Assembly: GCA_043228905.1 (NCBI GenBank)
Contig: JBHGNT010000020.1
Span: 8,680,001-8,744,000, forward strand
Direction: 5' to 3'
DNA length: 64,000 nt
From: Azolla caroliniana
Taxonomy: Eukaryota; Plantae; Polypodiophyta
This document shows, one piece after another, positions 1 to 10,498 of the stretch (the stretch's first letter is position 1; every line of letters starts with the position of its first letter). The position numbers were made by a program, and so were the translations under genes. Under the pieces are notes generated by a model that saw only the letters and a list, made by a program, of their open reading frames with translations, made no database searches and had not been told where the DNA came from.

Positions 1-2455
1 TTTTCTTCTATCTATGCAGTAACATCATCAAAACTTTGTCTATTTGCAGTGCGCTCCTGATTACTTTGTAATTTTTTGCATTCCCTCAATTTGCTTAGTC
101 TGAGTGTTTATGTGATCTTTGACTTATTGCCCAGGTCAATGCACTTGTTTCATTCAAGTGTTGGTGTTTACCTTGATGTCTTGTTCAAAACCACTAACCT
201 TTTTTCGTTGTTTGATGTAAACTTTGTAGTGTTTGATTTGATTCTAGATTTGAATGATCAGATAAAAAAGGTACTTCTCTTATGGAGGAGGTTGGTGATC
301 TAGGTCTTTGCACAGCAGAGGTCAGCACTTGTGAGAGAGACCTCATTTAGGCATGGTGTACTAGACTTGAATTCCGTTCCATTATGGGGCAATATCTCCC
401 TGGATTGGAAATGGAAGACACACCTGATTGGGGTACAATGGGCGGTACCTTATTTATTAGGTTTAAAAGAATATAGAGATGGTATATAATTGGTTCCCAT
501 TAATATTAGAAGCTAAATCAGGCTATACAATACCTTTTTTACAGTAAGTCCATATGCTAGGAGGTGGAATTTCAAGAACAACAACAGAATGGGAGCAAGA
601 ACATAAGCAAAAATAAAAGAAGAGCTTACAAGAAGAGAAAGAGAAGAAAGGTCTATCAACACGTATTGGAGGTTGAAGTTGGCCTTTCTCACAATTCAGA
701 ACTAAAAGTAGTATTCTATGTTTCCAATAAAGGACAAATAATGATGATGATGGTTCAATGTACGATCATCTATGCTATATGAGTGGCAATCATGATATTT
801 GTAAGTATATGAATAAGTTCATCCTCAATGGCATGATGGCATGCATTGGGGATCATGGGTTTGACAGTTCTCATACTAGAGTTGATGGAATGTCTGTGCG
901 CAAGCTGTCCTCCTTTGGACATTGTTTTCAATGTGGGTCCAGGTCTCTCTCATCTGTTTTTGGTGTAAATTTGGTTTCTGTTATGTGCCTGGTGCTTCTT
1001 CACGTGTACTAGGCCATGGTGTCATAGTTTGACAATGTAAAATTTCTTCTCTGGTGTGGATCACTTTTAATATCTTATCATTTTTTTATTGCCACTTATA
1101 CATGAACTATTGTCTTTCCTGGGCAAAGGGCAAAATACTCCTGAAACAAATCTTGGTTTCCTAATTCCTTCCAGGTTTTATGGGATATGTCTGAAAGTGA
1201 AGAGATCCTTGTATTTGACCCAGACTGTCCCTGTTGTATTTAAGTTCCTTCAGCCACACCCTAATGCAAGCAATCAGGTCATTTTGCACAAGGGTCTAGA
1301 GTGCCATACATTCACCATCTGTGCTTAATCTAGGGCCATGATCCACAATCATAAATGGAAAATCTAAATTAATTACAGATCCCTTTGATTATGTATAAAT
1401 GGTCCTTCAAATTTACATGATTCTCTTGAGCCATTGCTTTTGGTTCTAGATCACCTCTAATTATTATGACGTCATCCCTTTGGAATGTGTTGATTAGTGC
1501 TTAGATTTGACTCTCTTGAACTTGATACATGATAGCAAAAGCTATATCCTTCCATGGCTTCCTTTGCCAAGTTTGTTTGTTGGAGGATATCTTGCAATGT
1601 TCTTAGTTCACTGCTGGTTTGTGGAAAGGGGAGCCTCCTCCATTCCCTCTGAGAAATTTGTTGTTCTTCCCAAACCTTACAGTTTATAATATGGAGCCAG
1701 TTGTGTAAATTTTCAAATAGATACACCTCAGTGAGTCATATATCTTCAGGAACTATCTTCTTCAAGCGAGGACAATTGTGTGGCCTTACAAGTCACAGCA
1801 CTAGTCACTTAAGCAAAACAGGGCTCATCTCAGACACCCTTAACACTTTTGGCTTGTATATTTATTTAGTTTATTATACACTTTATTCTGAACTAGCCCA
1901 TGTTATGAACTTCACCAATAAAAGTTCCAGCAACACTTTTTGAAACATAATAAAGGTGGTCTGTAGTACATATTGTACCGTGAATATCAGTGTCGACTCC
2001 CAGGATAGTTTCGTTGACAATGATAAGGAGGATTTGGGGATTCAGAAAAACAGTTCTGCTTCTTGCCGGCATAGTAGTGCTAAGTGATTTTTGTGATTAT
2101 CTAGGAAAATCAAGTATTAAGCTTTCTGTATTATGTTTGATCCATACAGCTCTCATCCTATCTACCAATTTCTTCCTCCAAGCATGTCCATATATGACTA
2201 TTGGCTGATGTAGTAGACATCAGAAAGACAACATAGTCTAAGAATGATAGCAAACATCTGAAACTGCTTTCCATGTAACTTTGTCCAAAACGTGAATGCG
2301 GTATGCTATGGTTTGAGACCTATGAATGCTTCATAGGATGCTAAAACGTGTGAGCTATAATGAAAGACAGGTAGCTGAATGAGCATTGTTAAAGTGAAAT
2401 CATTTTAATAATATGTGATACTGCGAATTCTCATTACCACTTTGATTAAACACAG

Positions 2456-2755
2456 GTAGCTGAACGAGCGTTATTATTGTGGAATAATGATCATATATAT
2501 GGGTTAGTGCAACAAAACCAGCAAGTGATCTTGCCTTTAGTGTTTGGAGCATTGGAGAGGAACTCACATCATTGGAATCAAGCTGTGCACAACCTATCAC
2601 AGAATCTAAAGAAGATATTTCAAGAGATGGATAAGGACTTATTCCACAGATGCATGAATGAATTTCTCGAAGCAGAGGCAGAGGTAAAGGCAAAAGAAGA
2701 GAAGAGGGAGGCAATGTGGAAGCGTCTCAAAGCAGCCACAGCACTACCTGGTTGA
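2456..2755 (+). CDS. Terminal exon of protein phosphatase 2A regulatory subunit B' (B56 family); upstream exons lie outside the window
   Basis: Acceptor cacag|GTAGCT at 2455/2456. Translation VAERALLLWNNDHI...QVILPLVFGALERN-SHHWNQAVHNLSQNLKKIFQEMD...W matches the conserved B56 C-terminus. TGA at 2753-2755. Confidence 0.9.
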   Translation, partial: VAERALLLWNNDHIYGLVQQNQQVILPLVFGALERNSHHWNQAVHNLSQNLKKIFQEMDKDLFHRCMNEFLEAEAEVKAKEEKREAMWKRLKAATALPG

Positions 2756-4284
2756 AGAAAAAAGGATCCTCTTTTCGATATGGTGGTGGTGGTGGTGGTG
2801 GTCATCAGCTCCACATTAGGTTTATGGAGCAATCTCACAGGTGTGGTACTTCAACCAGATACACCCCTCCTTTTCTTTGTTCTCCCACCTTGGGTACCCA
2901 TCCTCACGTAGGATGAAATGGTTTTTACTTGGAACTGGAAAGAGTACTGTACTCTTTGATTCTACATGTCTGGGCTCCTTTCCAAGCTTTTGTAACATAT
3001 TTTATTCATCGCTCTGTATTTTGTATTTTCTTGAAGAGGACTAAACTCAAAGCAAATTTGTTTTCCAGTTCCATCGATAAAGATATTTGATGATTTTTGT
3101 GGTGGATAGGCAGCCTTCTATTTCAATTGACCAAGCAAATCATCACTTTGAATTTTTTATATTACAGCCCATGTTTGTCTTCTATTCGAATCAGCAACGA
3201 ACCAAATCACCATTTTGATTTTTTATTCATACTATCGAGTATATTTGAAGGTAGTTGACTTATACGGGTCTGATGTATGCATGCGCTGATGAAAGATCAT
3301 AATGGAATGAAGAGATACGTGAAATGGATCTGGTTTGTCTATTTAAATTTTTTTGGATGGCATGTTGTATACATCTAGATTTACTTATTATTTCCCCTAG
3401 GTCTGTCTTAATGTGAACAAAGACATACCATCAAAATACAGAAAACATATTGGGGGATATGTTTGAAGCAATGTGAATTCTTTGATGTGTTAGAGGCTAT
3501 GGGTTCTATGTATAAGGCTTCTTTAGACAAACATGCTAGGCTGGGAGGTATATATTATGATTGATTGGATATAGTCAAGCTTAGGCCACATGTTACATGT
3601 TTCGATACCCTTATAGAGTGAATTTTAAGAAGATATTCTCAAACCAAATGGAATCTTGCACATAAAGCTTTCAAGTATAATGGCAGCATATGTGTGGATG
3701 TTTGTGGAGACAATGCTATTGATTGCAGAATTGTTTAAAGGAATTTTAGAGACCAATTTTCATAAGACTTCTCAAAAGTTGAATCATGTCATTGAAGGTA
3801 TCCAAGAGGCCCAAGCAATTGAAACCAAGTTTATCTACCCCATGACATACGTGATGTATAGTCCATTAACCAAAGAATATTTTAATCCTTTGAATGCTAG
3901 GGCCATATCCAAGCATTCTTAAGCATAATTTCTTGAGGAGTTTGATTAGTTTTTAAACATGCCAACATATCCTAGGTATCATTGTAGTGTTTTAAAGTGA
4001 ACAAGGTTAATTTTGTGTTGCTTCCACTATTGCTAGAATGAAGATTCAACTTTTCCAATATATTCTACTTCATAAGACACTAACACATTGTTGCTAAACA
4101 TATCATTCATGCATGTGCTAGTCAAGTGGGCCCACCAAGGAATATTTGATGTTGATGATGAAATGCTCAGGTATGGTATACTTTGCTTGTGTTGTTAGTT
4201 GTCCTCGACACTCATGTGCTCGGGTGTTGTGTCCTTTTTCGTGAACTTTTACGTGCTACTCATTGTTCGTTCCCTTTGTGGGCT

Positions 4285-4545
4285 CCACTCATGTGATGGG
4301 CTCACGTCAGGGGTTCATCTCATGTTGAGGCTCGAAGTCAAGTATTTGTTTCGAAGGTTTGTCTCATGTTGAGGGCTCATCGAAGGTTTTGTCTCATTTC
4401 AAGGGCTTGACTTAAGTGTTTGACTTGCATCGAGGGCTCAACTTTAGGGTTTGACTTGAAGCTTCACCTCATATCAATGAATCAATTTTAGGGTGTGTTT
4501 CATGTCAAGGGCTTGACTCAAGGGTTCATCTTGTGTCAAGGGCTT
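4285..4545. repeat. Degenerate tandem repeat of ~30-bp units (gggctc/tgactcaagggtt...tctcatgttga)
   Basis: Recurring motifs gggct(c/t), aagg(g)tt and tctcatgtt(g)a visible by eye; units are diverged. Confidence 0.45.
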
Positions 4546-5629
4546 GTATGCACAACTCGTGCACCCAACGGTTCGTGGGCTCATATGCTCGGCTCATGGG
4601 CCCAACAATTTGTGAGCTCGATGGCTATTTGCAACTTTTCTTGGGGAGGTGTTGGACCAACCCTCGTTGAACACAATCTCGTAAGGAAGTGAAAAGTAAT
4701 TTGATGTAGATTTCCCTTTCTTGTTTCAGCCTTCACCCTTGCAAATATCTTCTTCCCGACTCTTACACTCCTCTGCTAGTAGTGTAGGAGCACTAAAATA
4801 CCTTAGAATAATTATAGTAAGGAAAAGAAGAAGGATAATATAATAGCCCTTAGTACACTCCCCAATAGAGAAGAAGAGGAACAAGACGATCCCCCACCCC
4901 CTAATCACCACATGTGTTACGTCCCAAAATCACGATTAAACGTATCACACACAAGAACACGTGAATGGACACCACATCATGCAAGAAGAACAAAGAGAAG
5001 AATTCACAAGTCTCCTTTTGGTGTTGCAATGTCTTTAAAAGTAATATGCCTTCTATTCCGCCCCTAAAGACCCAAAACGGTAGTCTCCTTTTTCAGACTA
5101 TGGACACTATTAACCACTTGGGATTCACAACTTTATGTAACAAACGAAGGTAAAAAGTTGGTCTAACTTCGTAAATACTAATTACTATAAAATGAGTAAA
5201 GATGCATTGGAAAGCTCTAAAAGAGATTTTCGATAAATCGTAGAATACAAGAAACAACAGTCTAAACTAGAAACAACATGAATGATAAGAACTATGATAT
5301 ACTAGTTTAGGAATTATTAGGCTATAGAGATAAAATCAATAATAAATCTCTTAAATGAATTCAAATTCAACGAGGGAAAATGTATTGGAAAGTTCTCTAA
5401 ATGATATTTCGAACAAGCTACAGAAGGATAGAAACAGAGTGTGCACCAAGAAACTATGTAAAGAACAAGATCAAGATATGAAAGGAAAAGGATGCAAAAC
5501 ACTATTTCGCTAAATTGGCGTTGATCCATAAAGGATCAACAAGAGGAGTTTTCCTTTTATATTAACGTGAGGATTACATGTGCCAAAGTCAATGTAAAAT
5601 CCCCTTTATTGTTGTCATGTTAGGAGTGC

Positions 5630-8520
5630 GGATCTAAGTGGTCGAATTTTTCGAGGTCTGCCTCTACCTCATCATTTGGTTCTACTTGCCCCTGAGCAGG
5701 AGAAAGATTGGTGGAGAAGAAGAAGAAAGTGGAGCTCAAGTCTGCAAGCTCATGGAGGGTGAAATCGTGGGCTTGGAAGCACTTGGTCTAGTTTGTTGTG
5801 GTGAGGCGGTCCTTGCAATGGGTATACATATGGTGACAAGAGTAGGCCGATTCGAAAACTTTGCGCATGGGTATCATGTAAGGAACCACACACTTGTCTA
5901 GTGTTCGCAACGTGCACTCACATGTCTTCATGATGGTTGATGTGATGTAGGGACCCATACCTCATAATTCAAGTTTTTTCTTGTGTCTCTGGCATGGTTG
6001 TTTATGTACCCATATTTAACGTTTAAATATGTATAGTACCTCATCATTTGTATAGTACGTACTATACCTCAATGTTGTTCAGTCAAATATCATGTACATT
6101 TGTCCAATACGGTATTTAACGTATTTATAAAAAAACAGGTACAATACGTATTTATAAAGACAATGTAAGTAAAACCCCAACAAAAAGCAAAAGAAAAAAA
6201 AAAAGATTTTAGTGAAAAGAAGCCAAAGGAAGGAAGAAAGAAGAATAGAAGAGACGACGATGAAGAAGATGAAGAAGAAGAAGAAGAGGGAAAAGAAAAC
6301 ATAAACCTATCATGACTCTGAGTGTGATAATCGTAGAAGATAGAAGAAGAAGAAGAAGAAGAAAACGAGGAAAAGAAAAACCTATCATGAGTGTGATAAT
6401 CGTAGATGATTCCTCAATCTATGAAGGCATAATTGTAAATAATTACAATTTGAAGTAGAACATTGTGATACACACTTACACTGATTTATAGAATAAGGGA
6501 ATGTCGACATCCATATTACTACAAGTATTTTAGGATGTGAAATGGTCAAATGTCTTATATGCATTTTAGGATGTAGAACTATATTGTACATCACAAAATT
6601 GTGTAAACATAGATGTTTTTTACAATATTATAGATATTTTTTAGAAAGGTAAATAATTTTCAAATTCTAGAAGTGTTTAACGTAAGATGTTGTGAGGGTA
6701 AGATGTCCCATCCTTTTAGAAGTATTTTATAAGTATTTAACATGTTAAGAAAACTTATTTAACGTATTTTTAAATTGGGAGGTACTATACGGGTATTAAT
6801 ACGTTATATATGTATGGTATCCGTACCGTACCTAAGGTACCTAACAACCTTGGTCTCTGGGAGGCAAACTTAAGTATTATATCTCCTTCCTAGAGGTTCT
6901 TTTCTTCGACCTTGTTGTCATGCCAAGCACTATTTTCCTTTTCTACAAGGAGAGCTTGGAAAGCTAACAACCTAGTCTCAGTTAGGCCCTCTAGATTCTC
7001 TGATTGTGAGGGTAAGATGTCCCATCCCATCTTTCTTGTACAACAATGCGTAAGCTAGGGACAAGGAATCCGAATGGATAACCTCTTGATTGTTGATTAG
7101 TTTGAATGGTGTGTTCTGAGTAATGAGTTTACAAGACGTTTGGAAAGCCCATAATGTAGCGTGCAACTTGGTGCTCCAATCAAAACGAGAAGTTGTGATG
7201 ATCTTGGTTAGGAGCATCCACAATACTTTGTTAGTGCTTTCTGCTTGCCCATTGTAATGGGGGTACTAGGGAGAACTTTGCTACTATGCCACCATGAACT
7301 CATTAAGGAGGTGAGTGAGCACTTTGTTTAGAAAGTGGGAGCCTTGGTCACCAAACAACTCTAAAGGATAACCAATTTGCATGATGTTCTCATATGTCAA
7401 TTTAGTTGTTATGCATGCGTCAGCTATTTGACATGCCTTTGCTTTGGCCCATTGTATGGCGTAAGTAGTCACAATGATGATATTTCGATTGAGGTTAGAA
7501 GCTTGACTAATTGGAACAATGCCATTGATGCCACATAATTTGAAGGTTTGTCATGCCACTTTCAATGGGTGTTTATGTCGTTGGCATTCATCGCATCATT
7601 TGACATATTCATGTGCATCTTTAAATACGGTTGGCAACCAGAGACTCGCGTGAAGGACTTTACATGTTGCCACTTCATGGCTAAAGTGACCACTTCTGAT
7701 GCAACAATTTGCTTACTCGACAATAGTGATTACATCATGGTTAATGATGCATCACCTTAGAATGTCGTCACTCCCTCTTTGGTATATGTTGCATGTTATC
7801 ATAGTGAAGGGCTTGCACTTGCACAAGAGTACTCCAACATTTTCTTGGTTTAGTTGCTTTAAGTACAACACCCCCTTGGTGAGTACTTGACCAATGTCGA
7901 ATGCCCAAGTTGGCACGACGTCAATAGTGAAGAGGGCGACATTAGGTGCTTTGTCCTCGATGCATGTGGCCTCTTCACCGTGTGTTCGTCTCGAGAAATG
8001 GTTAGCAAGGACGTAATATTTGCCTTTGCGTATTATGACCTTCAAATTGAATCCCAAGAAGGTGATGATCCATCTTGAAATCCATCTTGTAGCATGTGTC
8101 ATGTTTATTAGGAATAGTAGGTTGTGGTGATCGACATAGAAGCAAAGTGGCAAGTAAACAAACACTAATGAAACTTCTTTACTCCGTATATCGTGGCTAA
8201 GGTCACATGTCTCTATAGTGGAGTAGTTTTGCTTAATTGTGTTGAGTTGGCGATTGATGAATGTGATGAGGAAATCCAAAGTTCCTTCCCCAAGTTGGGC
8301 TAACATTGTCCCCACTATGAAAGCGGAAGCTTCCATGTGCACATGGAACACTTTATCCCATTCTGGTGATCATAGGATTGGTGGCTTTGTGATGCATTAT
8401 TTGAGTATCTCGAATCGCATGGTGCATTCCTTGGTCCATGTATAAATTTCTGTTGAGAATCTAACTCAACTTCCCTAGTGGGGGAACACACCTTAGCATA
8501 TATCAAGTGTGTGAGCACCT
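5630..8520 (-). mobile_element. Highly degenerate Ty3/Gypsy pol remnant (RNase H plus integrase), interrupted by a hAT MITE
   Basis: Minus-strand fragments FHVHMEASAFIVGTMLAQ...QNYSTIE (RNase H), GYPLELFGDQGSHFLN and DWSTKLHATLWAFQT...TPFKL (integrase); many stops and frameshifts. Boundaries approximate. Confidence 0.75.
5993..6852. mobile_element. Non-autonomous hAT-type element (MITE-like), 860 bp
   Basis: 8-bp TSD GTCTCTGG at 5985-5992 and 6853-6860. Imperfect TIRs CATGGTTGTTTATGTACC / GGTACCTAACAACCTTG. AT-rich non-coding interior with GAA runs. Confidence 0.85.
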
Positions 8521-10140
8521 CACGTCCTAATATAGTAACTAGTGTGTCATAGAACCTTAAACTTCTATGACACATGTTTAGTGTAGTTAAGTCTCCACCT
8601 CTCTTTAGTAAGTGGTGGTTGTAAAAAGAGAATATAGTGATAAGGTGACGACATAAGCACTTCTCTCCCTCTCCTTGTAACTGTTGGCTGTCTTATTCTT
8701 GTTAATACAGTTTTTCAGTGTTTTCTGTATACATTGTTCTCTCTCTCTCTCTCTCTCTCTTGACTACACACACACATTCCGCTACAGAGAATCATATCTG
8801 ATTCTTTACATGGTATTAGAGCAATTGGTAGCTTGATCCAAGTCCATCGCCTCCACATGTGTTGTGCCTAAGCCCGCGTTCACGAAGAACTGGCGGATCG
8901 TTATAACAACAACTTGCAGAACTTGCATCACAGAGAAGATAAAGAAGAAAAACTCACTCCAAACAAGTCATCTCAACATGAACACTCAGATTGGAAGCGC
9001 TCTTCCCACCGAGAAACTCGACAGGAATAACTTTGCATATTGGGAGTACAAGATGCACCAATACCTTGTCAGGTAAGGCTATTGGGGTTATATCGAGGGA
9101 GCACAAGAAACACAACCCAACCCAATACACGCCGACTACCCCCGACATGGAGAGGGTTGTGAGCCGTGTGTTGTATTGTCTTGCATCATGCGTTCATGGT
9201 CACATGCTCGGCTACATCTGAGAGGCCAAAATGCTGAAGGAGGAGTGGGGGAGCCTCAAAAAGATTTTTGCAACCAACATCACAACACGCAAGCTTCAAC
9301 TCCATCAAGAGTTGAACAATATTCAACAAAGCGACATGTCAATCGGCAACTACGTTAAAGATCAAGGAGTTGCGCGATGCCCTTGAGTTCATCAACCTCA
9401 ACATCGACGAGGATGAAATGGTGTAGATATGCCTTAGTAGCTTAGCACCTCCATTTGGCGCGATAAGGTCGACCATCCTCGTGGGGGAGAATCCTCCCTC
9501 CTTTGATCTCCAATCAATGCTACTGGTTGAAGAAAATCATGTTCGGACAAGAAGCAATCTGCAAGAAGGACATGTGCTCTACTCAAATTTCGATGGAGGA
9601 AGAGGACAAGGTCATGGAAGAAGAGGCCAATTTGGTCAAGGACGACACAAGCAAGAACAACCTTGAGAACACAACTCCTATTATAGGCAAGACATGTCAA
9701 ATGCGTGAGGCGGAGCGTCTAGAATAAGGGGGAGCAATTATGTCAGACCCAACCGACAAAACAACTCCGCCCAATGCGGATACTGTGGTAAATTCGGCCA
9801 CTATGAGGCAAAGTGTCAGAAGAAGAAGAGTGAGTCGGCCTCTACAAGCCAACAACTCACCAACTACGATGATCATAGTGGAATGTTTATGATGCAGCAT
9901 TCTCATGATATGGCAAGACTCGAACCCATGACCTTATGTTACATGGGTCGAGCTCTTGACCATTAAACTATATGTTGTAATACGAAAGATATTATTTTCA
10001 TTAGGTTTTACTATAGAAAATTGATGTATATTCCAGATTTCTCTAGAACATTCTAGAAACTTCAGGAGTACTCCTGAGAACACTATAAAAGGAGGCACAA
10101 GGCATTATATCAAACCAAATCGGTTCAACACCAGTCTTAA

Positions 10141-10176
10141 AACACGTTCGCGTTCACAAGTGGAAGGATAGCGCAT
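10141..10176 (+). repeat. Left TIR of the DNA transposon
   Basis: Reverse complement of 24467-24502 with 35/36 identity. Confidence 0.95.
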
Positions 10177-10498
10177 AAATGGAAGGATAAGGGAAATTTT
10201 AGGGGTTTTTCAATGATTTTACAAAACACATTGATACCAGTATCATACAAGTTCAAACATACTATGAAAAAGGTTAAAAATCCACTATTTTCGTGATTTA
10301 GAAGTAACTAAAAAAAGACGAATTTCAAAAACATACATTCTCAATTTATATCACAAACTTTACAACCAATGTTATTTTATAAGAAACGATTTTTGGGAAA
10401 TCATAAGAATTCAAAACACATGATTTTATATTACTCGATTTGTTACAAGCGGAATGTAGTTACACTTAATAGCCAAATATACATTCATGATCACTCCT

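Noticed and set aside
300-1950. Possible LINE remnants in the PP2A intron
   Set aside because: No RT or endonuclease motif could be read with confidence.
4915-5630. Possible 3' LTR of the degenerate minus-strand Gypsy
   Set aside because: No partner LTR or TSD in the window; termini unclear.
8543-8574. 12-bp-arm hairpin TGTGTCATAGAA...TTCTATGACACA
   Set aside because: Single instance, probably part of the Copia A LTR edge; no further support.
9912-9970. Functional tRNA gene
   Set aside because: Acceptor, anticodon and T stems do not pair properly; kept only as a tRNA-like promoter.
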